Shown piece by piece: positions 10,912 through 21,662 of a stretch of 64,000 nucleotides of DNA. A model generated the notes under the pieces. The model had not been told where the DNA came from. It saw only the letters and a program-made list of their open reading frames with translations, and did no database searches. Each line of letters opens with the position of its first letter. The first letter of the stretch is position 1. Source of the DNA: Chitinophagales bacterium (lineage in GTDB: Bacteria > Bacteroidota > Bacteroidia > Chitinophagales > LD1); contig JANWXI010000001.1 in the NCBI GenBank assembly GCA_025057415.1, positions 6,415 to 70,414 of the forward strand, given 5' to 3'. A program made the position numbers and the translations under genes.

Positions 10912-11978
10912 GAAGCCAAAATAGTTTTTTGCCGCAAGTGATATAGTACAACCACTACATTGGCTATCAGTAACATGGCGCCTACCTGGTGCAGTACCCC
11001 ATAAAATACGGGGATTTTACCTACACAATTTATAACAGTCAATACACCTATTATTATTTGTAAACAAACGCTCAATGGAAGCAGTTGTACCGCCAGGCGG
11101 GCAGTTGGAACAGTAAAAGCGCTGCGGTATTTCCACCAAAACAGAGCGATCATCACAGCAATAAGATACGCTGTGCTGCGGTGCAGAAATTGTACAAATA
11201 TTCTTATCCAGTAATCGCTGGCATCGTACTTTAATATTCCATTAAGCGTAGGGTGCATTTCCCATATCGCCTTGGGGATGAGTTCTCCGTTCAAAAGCGG
11301 CCAGTCGTTTGCCGCCAAACCGGCGCGGGTGCCCGATACAAGTCCGCCCATAAATATTTGAAAAAATAATAATATTAAAATTAAGACCATCCAACGAGGT
11401 GCGGTATTGGCGTCAACCGGCGGAGCTTCGCCCAGCCACACCCATGCCGTTACCCACACCAAATAGGCAAACAAACTCAAGGCAAGCAGCAAATGTATGC
11501 TCAGGTGTATGGGTGGTACATACACACCTGTGAGTCCGCTACGTACCATGATCCATCCATATATACCGATTATACCCCCCCACAAAAAGAGTGGAACAAG
11601 GCGAAAGAGCAGTGCGCGCGTTAACCATCCGCGCAGTATAAATAAGGTAAAAGGTACTGCAAACACAATCCCCATAAAGCGCGCCCAGAACCGATGGAAA
11701 TACTCCCAAAAGTAAATCCATTTAAACTCGTTCAACGTCATCCCTTCGTTAAGGGTTTTGTATTGCGTGATATTTTTATACAAGGCAAATTCTGCCTGCC
11801 ATTCTTTTTCGTTTAGCGGCGGTACAATACCTTTGATGGGTTTCCACTCTGTAATGGACAGGCCGGAGTCAGTCAGCCGGGTTACTCCCCCAACAATTAC
11901 CTGAAAAAAAACCATCAGGCATCCTGTAAGCAACCATATTCCGATAATTCTGCGCGCTGCAGGCGACAAGTTATTCAT
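10908..11978 (-). CDS. ctaA: Heme A synthase (COX15/CtaA type 2)
   Basis: VGGVTRLTDSGLSITEWKP, WEYFHR, QFLHR and LHQ heme-ligand motifs. Confidence 0.92.
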   Translation of the reverse strand: MNNLSPAARRIIGIWLLTGCLMVFFQVIVGGVTRLTDSGLSITEWKPIKGIVPPLNEKEWQAEFALYKNITQYKTLNEGMTLNEFKWIYFWEYFHRFWARFMGIVFAVPFTLFILRGWLTRALLFRLVPLFLWGGIIGIYGWIMVRSGLTGVYVPPIHLSIHLLLALSLFAYLVWVTAWVWLGEAPPVDANTAPRWMVLILILLFFQIFMGGLVSGTRAGLAANDWPLLNGELIPKAIWEMHPTLNGILKYDASDYWIRIFVQFLHRSTAYLIAVMIALFWWKYRSAFTVPTARLAVQLLPLSVCLQIIIGVLTVINCVGKIPVFYGVLHQVGAMLLIANVVVVLYHLRQKTILAS

Positions 11979-12225
11979 TGCAGGCAAATTTAATGAGAGA
12001 GAGTAAAACAGACCGGGTTTATTCATTTGCATATACAAGGCGTGATAATGACAGCTACTCTCTGTTTTTGTTCACGAAGGGGTTTTCAAAAGTTCAAACT
12101 TTTTGTGGCTGGGTAGGTAACATGCATAGATTGCAAAAACGGGGTGTTATCCATTACATATACTGAAATATTTGCTTTTCCGGATTTTGTATCCATCCCT
12201 AAACGCAAATCTTGGGGCCTGTATC

Positions 12226-12254
12226 AAAAAAAAAAGCCCCGCTATCAGCGGGGC
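12226..12254 (-). terminator. Intrinsic terminator of the T9SS cargo-porP-porE operon
   Basis: Stem GCCCCGCT-ATC-AGCGGGGC followed on the - strand by T10. Confidence 0.8.
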
Positions 12255-12275
12255 AAAAAGTATTTATAAAATGAA

Positions 12276-14366
12276 TTATTTTTTCTTTTTGCCGTAAGTG
12301 AAACCGGGCCCGGTTTTTACTTGTTTTACTACTTCGCCATAGTATTCAATTTCCGGCGCCTCATCGGGTTTATCCGGTATTATTTTGAATTCAACACGGC
12401 GGTTGCGAGCCCTGCCTTCAGGGTCATCTTCACCATTCGGGAGTTCGTTGGGCACCGCGGGTACACGCTCCCCAAAAGTTTTCACGATGATGCGGTTCTC
12501 GGCTATTTTCTTTTTGGTAATGAGAAAGTTCTTCACCTCATTGGCGCGGCGGGCGGAGAGTTTATCGTTATACTCATCGGTACCTTTGCTGTCGGTGTGA
12601 CCTTGCACCTCTACCGAATAGCCCGGATTTGCGTTCAGCACAGCCACCACACTATCTATTTGCTTTTGATAAAATTCTATTACGTTGCTTTTATCAAAGG
12701 CAAAGTAAACATTCGGGATGCGGATTTTTTTGCGGATGATGGGGTCTAAATAAAACACCATTTCAATCGTATCGCGTTCTTCATCTTCAGCAATGGTCAG
12801 GTTATCTATAGACGGCCAGTAGCCCTCTTTGTTACCATTGATTTTGTATGAGGTATTGCGTTTAACCGGAAATACAAACGGAGCGCTGGTAGTGATAACA
12901 TTTTGGACAAATTCGAAGTTGTTGCCGGCTACACGGTAAAGTGAAGCGTCCACACCGGTTATGGGGGTTTTGGTAGCATCGCCTCTTTTGACATATATTG
13001 CCTTTAAGAAAACATCACGCTGTAGTGTAACGGTCCAAATGTCGAAGCAGCACGTTTTACCGCGGGGTGAAGTACTACCCTCGCGGTTAGTTACCATAAA
13101 TCCGCGGGTGCCTTTTTCATCCAATGCCAGGTAAAAATCTTCTGCACCGGAGTTTACAGGTACACCCATGTTTTGTACAGGTCCCCAATTTCCGGGTGTT
13201 CCTTTGACTTTAAACACGTCCATATTTCCCAGACCCGGGTGACCGTTTGAAGAAAAATACAGCACTTTGTTTTTTACATCGTAGTGGGGAGTCATTTCAT
13301 CACCAGGAGTGTTGATTTCTGAACCGGCGTTCTGTACAGGTCCGAAACTACCGTCGCTGTTGATTTTAGCGTAAAAAATATCATAACCCCCACGTCCGGC
13401 ACGAGTGCTGGAAAAGTAAAGTACTTCGTTGCTTTCACCGTCAATACCAAAAGCGGGTTGTGTAGTGGTGCCATCGGCAACGTTTAGCGATTTCAACTCC
13501 TCGGCATCGCCCCATTGCCCATTGCTTTTTTTGCATCGGTATAGTTTGCACTTCATCTTATTTTCCAGGTTGCTGTATTGATCACACTTGGTAAAGATGA
13601 TGGTATTTCCGTCAGGGCTGAGCACAGCATTGCCGGTGTGGGTTTTGGGGTCGTTGGGTGGGGAGGGGTAAATGGTTTTATTGGTAAAGCTGTTACCGGT
13701 GCGCTGTGCAGTAAAAATAGCAGAGTAATGGTCAAATTGATTGGTAGTGATGTTTACGGCAGTATCTGTTTTTTGCGAAGAAAACATCACACTGCCGTCC
13801 CTCAGCGGTTTGGGAGCGTAATCCTGAATGGCATTATTAATCACACCCTGTGCGCGCTCAACCTTAATTTTGGTAGGGTTGGCAATCAGAGCCAGCGCTG
13901 TGTCGCATCCATCGCGCTCTACACGTGCCAGGTTTTTGTAACTCACATCTTTTTTACCCAGCTCGGTTTTCAGATATGTGTCGAATGTTTTTTTGGCTTC
14001 TTCATATTTACCATTTGCTTTTTGCATTTGCCCTAAGAAAAACCAATCGTTCGGGTATGCATCCGGGTCTTTATCTACGGTCGCTTTGTAGTATTTTTCT
14101 GCTTGTTCATAATCGCGCAGGTACCGGTTCACCTCACCCAGGCGATGTGTCACCTCAATTTTGTCGGGCTTTGCTTTGTACACATCTTCTAAATACTGGG
14201 CAGCATTGTAGTAGCTGCCTTCTTCCATTTTCTTGCGGGCGATTTTCAGTTTTTTACGCCAGTTGTAGTTAGGGTATTTTTGTACGTTTTTCAGTTTGCC
14301 TTCTTCGCTCTGTGCGTTTACGAACATCACCAAAGGCGTCAACACGGCTAAGAGGAAGTATCTCAT
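12276..14366 (-). CDS. PorE-like T9SS protein: TPR, PD40 beta-propeller, and OmpA_C peptidoglycan-binding domain
   Basis: N-terminal TPRs, LYFSSNGHPGLG and YFSSTR.GRGGYDIF PD40 repeats, VQGHTD..G...YN..LS.RRA...NRRVEF. Lies directly downstream of porP. Confidence 0.85.
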   Translation of the reverse strand: MRYFLLAVLTPLVMFVNAQSEEGKLKNVQKYPNYNWRKKLKIARKKMEEGSYYNAAQYLEDVYKAKPDKIEVTHRLGEVNRYLRDYEQAEKYYKATVDKDPDAYPNDWFFLGQMQKANGKYEEAKKTFDTYLKTELGKKDVSYKNLARVERDGCDTALALIANPTKIKVERAQGVINNAIQDYAPKPLRDGSVMFSSQKTDTAVNITTNQFDHYSAIFTAQRTGNSFTNKTIYPSPPNDPKTHTGNAVLSPDGNTIIFTKCDQYSNLENKMKCKLYRCKKSNGQWGDAEELKSLNVADGTTTQPAFGIDGESNEVLYFSSTRAGRGGYDIFYAKINSDGSFGPVQNAGSEINTPGDEMTPHYDVKNKVLYFSSNGHPGLGNMDVFKVKGTPGNWGPVQNMGVPVNSGAEDFYLALDEKGTRGFMVTNREGSTSPRGKTCCFDIWTVTLQRDVFLKAIYVKRGDATKTPITGVDASLYRVAGNNFEFVQNVITTSAPFVFPVKRNTSYKINGNKEGYWPSIDNLTIAEDEERDTIEMVFYLDPIIRKKIRIPNVYFAFDKSNVIEFYQKQIDSVVAVLNANPGYSVEVQGHTDSKGTDEYNDKLSARRANEVKNFLITKKKIAENRIIVKTFGERVPAVPNELPNGEDDPEGRARNRRVEFKIIPDKPDEAPEIEYYGEVVKQVKTGPGFTYGKKKK

Positions 14367-14423
14367 ATTGCGTTTAGTTTTCTTGGGTTATAGAAAGGGG
14401 GATTTAGTATTTGGGTTGAAGAA

Positions 14424-15476
14424 TTAATAAATGGGGTTAAACAGGTAGTTGTCTTCTTTCGGAACAAACAGATTGCCGATGTATCCGAGTGAAACTTCAA
14501 AACCCTGAGGCATGGCGCCACCTATGTTTTTGTGGTCTTTGAACTGACGGCCAAGGTGTGCATCATAAGCAAACCCTGCGCGGAAACCTTTCCATTCAAA
14601 GCCCACTTTCGGAATGGCGGTGTAGTTACCAGTATTTACTCTGTTCCAGTAGCCGAGATAAAGAGTGGCGCGTTTGGCAGGGTCGCGGATTACGTGTATG
14701 CCAGCCGTAAGACCAAAATTGGTTTCGTTAGCTTTGGCTTGTTGTTGAAAAAGGAAACCGGGAATGAGAACAGCTTTGTCTTTCAGGTCAAATTCAAAAC
14801 CTCCGTGGCCTGTGTGGCGAAACGGTAAACGATACACGGGAGCATTTTTGAGAAAATCCTGTTTGTAATTGGTTGCGTTGTTGAAGGAGTAACCCATATA
14901 GTAACGCATGCCACGAATGAATTCAAACTTGGTGAAGATGCCGGCATTAACAGCTCCTTTTATGCGGTTACCACTGTTGAAGGTTTCACCGTTATAATTT
15001 GGGTCGTAGGTGAGGTCGGGTTTAAAGCCATCGGCAAACTGAAAATTGCTGAAATCCATTTTGGTCATAGCCACACCTCCCTGTAAACCCACACCTAACT
15101 GAAACTGGTTGCGCGAGCCAAAACCCATATTGTAGGCAAGCGAGGCGAGTATTTGATTATTATTAAAGGTTTTGCCGTTTTGCTGGTCATTGAAAAATAC
15201 GAGCCCTACGCCAAGCGCACCCTTCTTGATTTTTTCGCGGAGCAACGAAAAATCTACACCCACAGATGGAGTGGAAAATGCCGGCCGCCCCTGCGTGAGT
15301 CCGGGGTATTGGTTACGATAAATACCGGTAATTCGGTAAAAACCGTTGAAATTTCCGGTCAGTGCCGGATTAAGCGTAAGTGGTGAGGCATAAAACTGCG
15401 AAAAGTGAATGTCCTGTGCCGTTGCGTAACCGACAAGGAGCGAAGCAGTCAACAGGGCATAAAGTTTAATTTTCAT
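14424..15476 (-). CDS. PorP/SprF family type IX secretion membrane protein
   Basis: AQDIHFSQFYASPLTLNPALTG...YRNQ N-terminus; GFAYD...FEVSLGY C-terminus. Confidence 0.92.
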   Translation of the reverse strand: MKIKLYALLTASLLVGYATAQDIHFSQFYASPLTLNPALTGNFNGFYRITGIYRNQYPGLTQGRPAFSTPSVGVDFSLLREKIKKGALGVGLVFFNDQQNGKTFNNNQILASLAYNMGFGSRNQFQLGVGLQGGVAMTKMDFSNFQFADGFKPDLTYDPNYNGETFNSGNRIKGAVNAGIFTKFEFIRGMRYYMGYSFNNATNYKQDFLKNAPVYRLPFRHTGHGGFEFDLKDKAVLIPGFLFQQQAKANETNFGLTAGIHVIRDPAKRATLYLGYWNRVNTGNYTAIPKVGFEWKGFRAGFAYDAHLGRQFKDHKNIGGAMPQGFEVSLGYIGNLFVPKEDNYLFNPIY

Positions 15477-15587
15477 GCTGGTGATTTTTATGTTGTTATC
15501 GGTTTGTAATTTATGTACCGGCTCCGGCCGGCGCTGTTTTGTTTATTTTAAAAAGTGGGTCAAAGAAAATATTTTTTATTGAATGTT

Positions 15588-18500
15588 TTAATGTATCAGA
15601 GTAACCGAACCAAATAAATTGTATTGGATGTTAGTGCCGGGGTTGTTTTGGTCAGGTCCTTGCAGGGTTACATAGTATATGTAAGTTTCAGCGGGTTGCA
15701 TAGCCCCGTTAAAGGTACCGTCCCAGTATCCGTTGCCGTTATATACCAGCTGCCCCCAGCGATTGTAAATACGCATCTCAACTAGGGTGTAAACCCCTTG
15801 CAATTGCGGCGGTATGTATGGACCGAACGAGTCGTTGTTACCGTCACCATTAGGCGTAAATGCATTGGGCATGGGGGGGATGCCGGGAGGAACCACTTTT
15901 ACCTGAATGGAATCTGATGCTATACAACCAAACTCATTGTCAACTACTGTAACGAAATATGTAGTGGTGTTTTGTACAGCCGTTGCAATAGGTGTTTGAA
16001 TGGTAGTATCATTGAGGTATGTGGAGGGAGACCACACATACGTGAAAGAAGAGGTGTAACTTGTGTTTGCCTTCAAGCCGGCATTTTTACCGGTGAAGAT
16101 AGTACCGGAGGGCGGGTCAGCCACAATAGCATCTACAGTTAGGCATCGTATTTCTATGTTAACGGAGCTACTGCCTGTACATTGATTTGCATCGGTAACG
16201 GTGACTGCATACGTTCCTGTAGAGGTTATGTTGATAGAGGGAGAAGTTTGTCCGTTGCTCCAGTTGTAAGATCCTGCCACGTTGGGGCTTAAAGTAATCG
16301 TGGTATCACAACTGCAGTGATTTTGGTCAGCACCGAGAGTGAACGATGGCGGTGTGGTTTCAGATATTTGTACCGAACTTGTATTCTTACATCCGTTGTC
16401 ATCGGCCGTTAACGAATATGTACCGGCAGAAGAAACTGTGATGGAACTGGCAGTAATATTGCCGGGTGCCCAGGTATATATAATACCGCTCACCGGGTTA
16501 ACTGAGAGCGTGGCAGTAGTTTGTCCTGCACAGATAGTATCGTCTGATACGGTAATAGTGGCATCGGGCTTTTGCTTAACCGAAACAAAAGCAGTGTCAA
16601 TGGCTTTAATTTGACATCCGTTGGCATCAGTAGCCGTGTAGGAATATACACCGGCGGTATTCACGGTGATGGTTTGCGTTTGCGCGCCGTTAGTCCACAG
16701 GTAGCTCGCGTAACCCGGAGCCGCATACAGTGTGATGCTTTCGCCTATACAAATAGTTGTGTCACCTGAAGGGTTAGTTACAATCGGGTTTAATATGTAC
16801 TCTGCGATGGTGACAGTATCGGAGTTGTAGAAGCAGTAACCATCGTTTATAGTCACCCAATAATCTTGTGTGGGTTGTGTTTGAGCGCCAGTGGTAATAG
16901 AGGGTGTGGTAGCGCCAGTACTCCATAAATAGGATACATAAGGGCCACCGCTGGGAGTTAACGTTACGGAGTCGTACGGGCACACCGTTTGATCAGGTCC
17001 TAACGTGATAGGAGGGTGTGTACGCACCACTACGCGTATGGAGTCATCAGCTCTGCACCCAATGCTGTCAAACATAGTTACATAGTAAGTAGTGGTTATA
17101 CTTGGAGATGCCACCGGATTGCTGATGTTGGAGGCGTTTAGTGAATTTGCCGGGGTCCAGTTAAATACTGTGGCGTTGCCGGTTACCGTTAATTGCGAAG
17201 TGGCTCCTTTGCAAATTGAATCGGGTTGAACAGAGAGTGCATATTGCACGTTGCCAATGGAAACCCGAACAGTATCATAGGTTACGCATCCATTGCTGAA
17301 TGTAGCCGCCAACACGTAATCGGTGGTGGTAGAGGGGTATGCAAGAGTATTGAGGGTGGTCGGAGAAGATAGCCCTGTAGTTGGCGACCACTGAACACTT
17401 GTAAGTACATTGCCCGCCACGTTGGGAGTGAACCGAAATGCAACCGGAGAAGAGGCCGGCACTGTCCAGCCGCTTTGGTTATATCCAACCGGAGCATGCC
17501 CAACCGTACCGTTGCTATTTTCTACACCAAGTGTGGCTGTTTGGTTAGCAGAGGTCTGAGAAGCTATATGCACCTCGATGATGTTGGTGGTTTCATGGAG
17601 TTGAATCTGACCCGACACATTCCCCGATGCACCGAAGAAGGATGCGTTATTCCAACGAATCACATATCTGCGGTTGGGAGCAGTACCTACAACATAATGG
17701 GTGATCACCCCTGACGGGCTTAATAGATCCTCCCAGCACATGGCAATAAGGTTATTAGGGCTGGCGGGGTTGGGTATGGATTGTGCCGTGAATCCGCTGC
17801 CCTGTCCGCCGGTAAAGGATATCCATCCGTTGGTAGATATGAAGAATTGCGAGTAGTTATTACAGAAAAACTGGAAGTTAAACGGTAATGTGATGGCGCT
17901 GCTCACCACGTCATCTCCAGCAGGCCCTGCAGCCGGGGGTGACAGAGGGTTAAGCGGGCTGTATGGGATACTCGTAATGGTATACGACGGCACACAAACC
18001 TGCGTAGCCGGGAAAAGCACTTTGCCAGAGAGCAGTACTGTATCATCACCACATTTGATTGTGTCGTTACCTGCAGAAATCAACACGGCTGTATCAACAA
18101 GCACAGTGACGTTGGCGTTGCCCTGGCATGTTCCGTCATCCACCGTAACGGAATATATTGTATTGCTAACAACGTTCACAGTGGGGGATGCTACAGGGGC
18201 AACAGGGGTATTGTTTGACGCTGACCAGTTGAAAGTATAGTTTGTTAAGGGGGCTATACACATCACAAAACGTGTATTGGGTCTGTTTTGACCTAATACG
18301 GGAGTTGTTAAAGCCGTACACCCTGATGCCGTGGAAAGGTCCGCATTATCCCACAGCACAGAGTTAGTAAACGATGTGGGTGTAAACGCAACATTATCGT
18401 ATTGGGTATAACTATTGTTATTGAAGCAAACCTCTATGATAAGGTTGCTAAATCCGTCCCAATTAAACGGCACATCAAGGGTGTGGGTGTTCCAACCCAA

Positions 18501-20606
18501 GGTGGTAGAGTAAGAAACCGGATTAAGTACTTGTGTGAGGCCGGAAACAAAATTGCTGGGGAGCGCATTTAGGTTGGTGCATCCCATTTTAATAGTAAAT
18601 TCATTATAGGGCTGTGTACTGTTTTTAGTTATCACATTAAAACCGATGTCTGTAATGGCACCGGCACCTAGACCCAGCGCCTGTAGTTCAGAAGCTCGGT
18701 ACAGGTATTGTACACGGCCATCCATCCAAAAACCCACATAGGGAGTAGTGTTGGCGCCGGCGCTACCGGTACCTGTTCCTAAATCCTGGAGAGCAAACGT
18801 GCTGTTGGGCAAGCAGGGGTTTTGCGGATCTGGTACAGGGCCGCAGTCAACAGCGCTTACCTGAGTTTGTAAGGTAACGGCATCACCCGGGCATACATAG
18901 TTAGCTGAGGGGTTTATTTTCACCTTCGGTCCTACCCCCTGAACCACAATTTTAATACTGTCTTTGACCGGACAGCCGTTGGCAGAGGTTACAGTAACAT
19001 AATAAGTTGTGGTGGAAGTGGGAGATACCGTGGTGGTCCCTTGCGTGGGAGATTGGATATTGCCTGAGGGTCCCGAAGCCCATTGGAAGGTGTAAGGCCC
19101 TTGAGCGGCAGGCGAACCGATAGCTGTAAGAACAGAATTTTCATTTAAACAAACCGTATCTTCCGTGGCAGTAACGCTCACTTGGTGACTTACTACATTA
19201 TAAACAATTACCGTATCGCGGTTTTTGCAACTACCTTGCAAATCGCTTTGTACTATGTATGTAGTAGTAACCGGTGGTGCTACGGTGATGGATGAACTGT
19301 CGGGCCCGCTAACAGAAACGATATAGGAAGTGGGTGTCCAGCTGAATTGATTTCCGCCTTTGGCAGTAATGGTAACCGGACCCCCGCCGGTACAGTAATA
19401 TAAATCAGGACCGGCATACGTACCGGGTAGCACGGTTATGTCGTATGTAAACAACTGTAGGCCGGTGATGGGGCAGGCATCATCTTCAAACTGTATAGTA
19501 AAGTAACGGAACCCGGTATCAGTGGCTGTGGGGACCCAGGTGAATACTGCCTGAACGGAATCATTGCCAGTACCAACCGGGCTGACTGTAAGTGAAGCGC
19601 CGGGGATAGATTGTGCAAGGTTAGAACTAACGGTAATGTTTTGTCCGTTGGGGTCAAAAGCAAAAAGTGTAAATGTAACCGTTTGACCGGGACAAACACC
19701 CAATGAGTTACAATCTATGATTACCCCTCCGCTGCTGTTTTGTGGAGTGAGACAGTTCTGAACTGAAGGGGCATTGTTGGTACAATTAATAATAACAATC
19801 TGAATGTCGCGCATGGTAGAGCCAATCAAAACACCATTGCGATATTCCTGCACAAGTACATCTACCACATATACCCCTTGGGCGGTTGGGGTGAAGGTCA
19901 TTTGTCCGGTTTGGGGGTCAAAGTTGAAACCGCCGGCTGTGGGCATGGGGTTGGTAGCGCTGTAGCCACCTGTAAAAGGGATATTGTTTCCTAAATCATC
20001 CAGGGGTGGAATTAAGGTATATACGAGAGAATCCCCATCTGCATCTACGGCACCGTGCGAATAATTCACGGGCTGATTGATACAAAAGTATGGTACCGGC
20101 AGCGAAGTAAACTCGGGAGCACTGTTGCAGGGCACATTGGTATCTAACGTGGCTCTTACCATAAACCCCTGGCTGGTGGGGTTAACTATGTTGTTAGAGG
20201 GGTTACGGCAACAATCATCATAACTGAATGTGTAGGGTCCGCACCCGGGTTGAATGGTATAGTTACCTACATAAGTATATACTTGTACACCCGGTAAACT
20301 TCCTCCCAGGCAGGTTGAGACGGCTGTTGGGCAAAGTTGTGATACCTCAAAACCCGAGTTTGCTTGGTCCAGGGGGCAAGTTATGTTTTGAGTACCGCAA
20401 TTGGAATTTACAGTTACTGTAATGCTGGTAGGCATGGATATACCGCTGCAGTCGCGATAAATAGTTACCACTACCTGATAATTGTTTCCACCCAAACAGC
20501 GGTACGTGATATCAGAACCCATGATGTGCGAGGCGTTGAGCCGGATGGGCAATAATCCTCCGATAAGCACAAAGGCAAGAAGAAACAGAGTGTGAATCTT
20601 TTTCAT
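15588..20606 (-). CDS. Large surface adhesin with T9SS type B CTD (gliding motility-associated C-terminal domain), Ig/PKD-like repeats
   Basis: ASHIMGSDITY start, repeated YxWS....TYxVTV units, PNAFTPNGDGNNDSF...IYNRWGQLVY...WDGT CTD. Promoter-like TACATTTG at 20652-20659 (-). Confidence 0.9.
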   Translation of the reverse strand: MKKIHTLFLLAFVLIGGLLPIRLNASHIMGSDITYRCLGGNNYQVVVTIYRDCSGISMPTSITVTVNSNCGTQNITCPLDQANSGFEVSQLCPTAVSTCLGGSLPGVQVYTYVGNYTIQPGCGPYTFSYDDCCRNPSNNIVNPTSQGFMVRATLDTNVPCNSAPEFTSLPVPYFCINQPVNYSHGAVDADGDSLVYTLIPPLDDLGNNIPFTGGYSATNPMPTAGGFNFDPQTGQMTFTPTAQGVYVVDVLVQEYRNGVLIGSTMRDIQIVIINCTNNAPSVQNCLTPQNSSGGVIIDCNSLGVCPGQTVTFTLFAFDPNGQNITVSSNLAQSIPGASLTVSPVGTGNDSVQAVFTWVPTATDTGFRYFTIQFEDDACPITGLQLFTYDITVLPGTYAGPDLYYCTGGGPVTITAKGGNQFSWTPTSYIVSVSGPDSSSITVAPPVTTTYIVQSDLQGSCKNRDTVIVYNVVSHQVSVTATEDTVCLNENSVLTAIGSPAAQGPYTFQWASGPSGNIQSPTQGTTTVSPTSTTTYYVTVTSANGCPVKDSIKIVVQGVGPKVKINPSANYVCPGDAVTLQTQVSAVDCGPVPDPQNPCLPNSTFALQDLGTGTGSAGANTTPYVGFWMDGRVQYLYRASELQALGLGAGAITDIGFNVITKNSTQPYNEFTIKMGCTNLNALPSNFVSGLTQVLNPVSYSTTLGWNTHTLDVPFNWDGFSNLIIEVCFNNNSYTQYDNVAFTPTSFTNSVLWDNADLSTASGCTALTTPVLGQNRPNTRFVMCIAPLTNYTFNWSASNNTPVAPVASPTVNVVSNTIYSVTVDDGTCQGNANVTVLVDTAVLISAGNDTIKCGDDTVLLSGKVLFPATQVCVPSYTITSIPYSPLNPLSPPAAGPAGDDVVSSAITLPFNFQFFCNNYSQFFISTNGWISFTGGQGSGFTAQSIPNPASPNNLIAMCWEDLLSPSGVITHYVVGTAPNRRYVIRWNNASFFGASGNVSGQIQLHETTNIIEVHIASQTSANQTATLGVENSNGTVGHAPVGYNQSGWTVPASSPVAFRFTPNVAGNVLTSVQWSPTTGLSSPTTLNTLAYPSTTTDYVLAATFSNGCVTYDTVRVSIGNVQYALSVQPDSICKGATSQLTVTGNATVFNWTPANSLNASNISNPVASPSITTTYYVTMFDSIGCRADDSIRVVVRTHPPITLGPDQTVCPYDSVTLTPSGGPYVSYLWSTGATTPSITTGAQTQPTQDYWVTINDGYCFYNSDTVTIAEYILNPIVTNPSGDTTICIGESITLYAAPGYASYLWTNGAQTQTITVNTAGVYSYTATDANGCQIKAIDTAFVSVKQKPDATITVSDDTICAGQTTATLSVNPVSGIIYTWAPGNITASSITVSSAGTYSLTADDNGCKNTSSVQISETTPPSFTLGADQNHCSCDTTITLSPNVAGSYNWSNGQTSPSINITSTGTYAVTVTDANQCTGSSSVNIEIRCLTVDAIVADPPSGTIFTGKNAGLKANTSYTSSFTYVWSPSTYLNDTTIQTPIATAVQNTTTYFVTVVDNEFGCIASDSIQVKVVPPGIPPMPNAFTPNGDGNNDSFGPYIPPQLQGVYTLVEMRIYNRWGQLVYNGNGYWDGTFNGAMQPAETYIYYVTLQGPDQNNPGTNIQYNLFGSVTLIH

Positions 20607-20780
20607 GTACAAAATGTTAAAATATTGTCGGTAATAAGTAGGTATTGCATGCAAATGTATGAAAAATAATATTTTAATAACACGGTTTGTAACTTTCTTG
20701 CCTTACATGTTTTCAATTAGGGCAAAATTGCAGTGGTAATAAGTAACTATCGCTAAAGTAACGTATTAAACCTTGATGAC

Positions 20781-21650
20781 TCATATTAACCGCACCATGC
20801 TGTCGCAGTATGATTCTATATGAAAATCTCCGGCAGATATTCCTGCACTTTTGAGAGCGTACAGGGCGTTTTCCAATCCCTGACGTCGCAGGGTGTAATC
20901 ATCACTCCACACGGTTGCGCGCAGCCAATCGTGGGCATCCTGTTCGCTCATGCCAAAGCGCACCTTCAAGAAATTTATCGATGAAGGGTCACTTACAAAG
21001 CTGCGGCTTACTTCGTTTATGATGTCGAGCATCATTGTGATTTCTTTTCGGGCATTTTGTAGTATTTCTTCGGTAGCCACAATCAGAAAACTACTCCAGG
21101 GAGCGCTAAACTCACCAATCATCCGCAGTTGACCGTTGATTACAAAGGGCTTTGTAGTATATTTTTCCCAGTAAAATACATTTGTTTCCTGACGACTAAG
21201 CGACTCTACTGCCCCCTCAAGGCTTTTCACCTCTATCCACTGTTCAGGGGAAATATGCTCTCCTCTTTGCCTGGCGTGTATTAGTGCCATCAAATGAGAA
21301 CCGGAGCCACGCTTGCTGATGGCGTACCGCTTTTGAGTTTTAGCGTAAACAGAGCTGATAGGTGAGTGGTAGCCCGTAAAAATGCCCCAGCCGAGCGGAG
21401 ACGTGATGTACTCTTTAACAATACGCGCCCGTAAACCCTTCAGGGCGGCTGTTAGAAAACCTTCTGTAAGTAATATGGCTACATCCAATGTGCCATCACC
21501 CAAAGCTGTCGTCATGGCGCCTGTACCTCCCGGAAAGTAATGCCATGCCACATTTACCCCTTTGCGCTCAAAAAGTTTGTTTTCAATGGCAAGGTTCCAT
21601 GGCAGGTTGAAATGTTCCGTCACACCGCCTATGCGTATTGTTTGTGTCAT
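20781..21650 (-). CDS. Periplasmic-binding-protein type 2 fold protein (no signal peptide)
   Basis: GGVTEHFNLPW, PGGTGAM, LTEG, ISKRGSGSHLM and WEKYTTKP resemble a conserved Bacteroidota/fungal PBP2 family. Confidence 0.75.
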   Translation of the reverse strand: MTQTIRIGGVTEHFNLPWNLAIENKLFERKGVNVAWHYFPGGTGAMTTALGDGTLDVAILLTEGFLTAALKGLRARIVKEYITSPLGWGIFTGYHSPISSVYAKTQKRYAISKRGSGSHLMALIHARQRGEHISPEQWIEVKSLEGAVESLSRQETNVFYWEKYTTKPFVINGQLRMIGEFSAPWSSFLIVATEEILQNARKEITMMLDIINEVSRSFVSDPSSINFLKVRFGMSEQDAHDWLRATVWSDDYTLRRQGLENALYALKSAGISAGDFHIESYCDSMVRLI

Positions 21651-21662
21651 AACGAGTTATCG

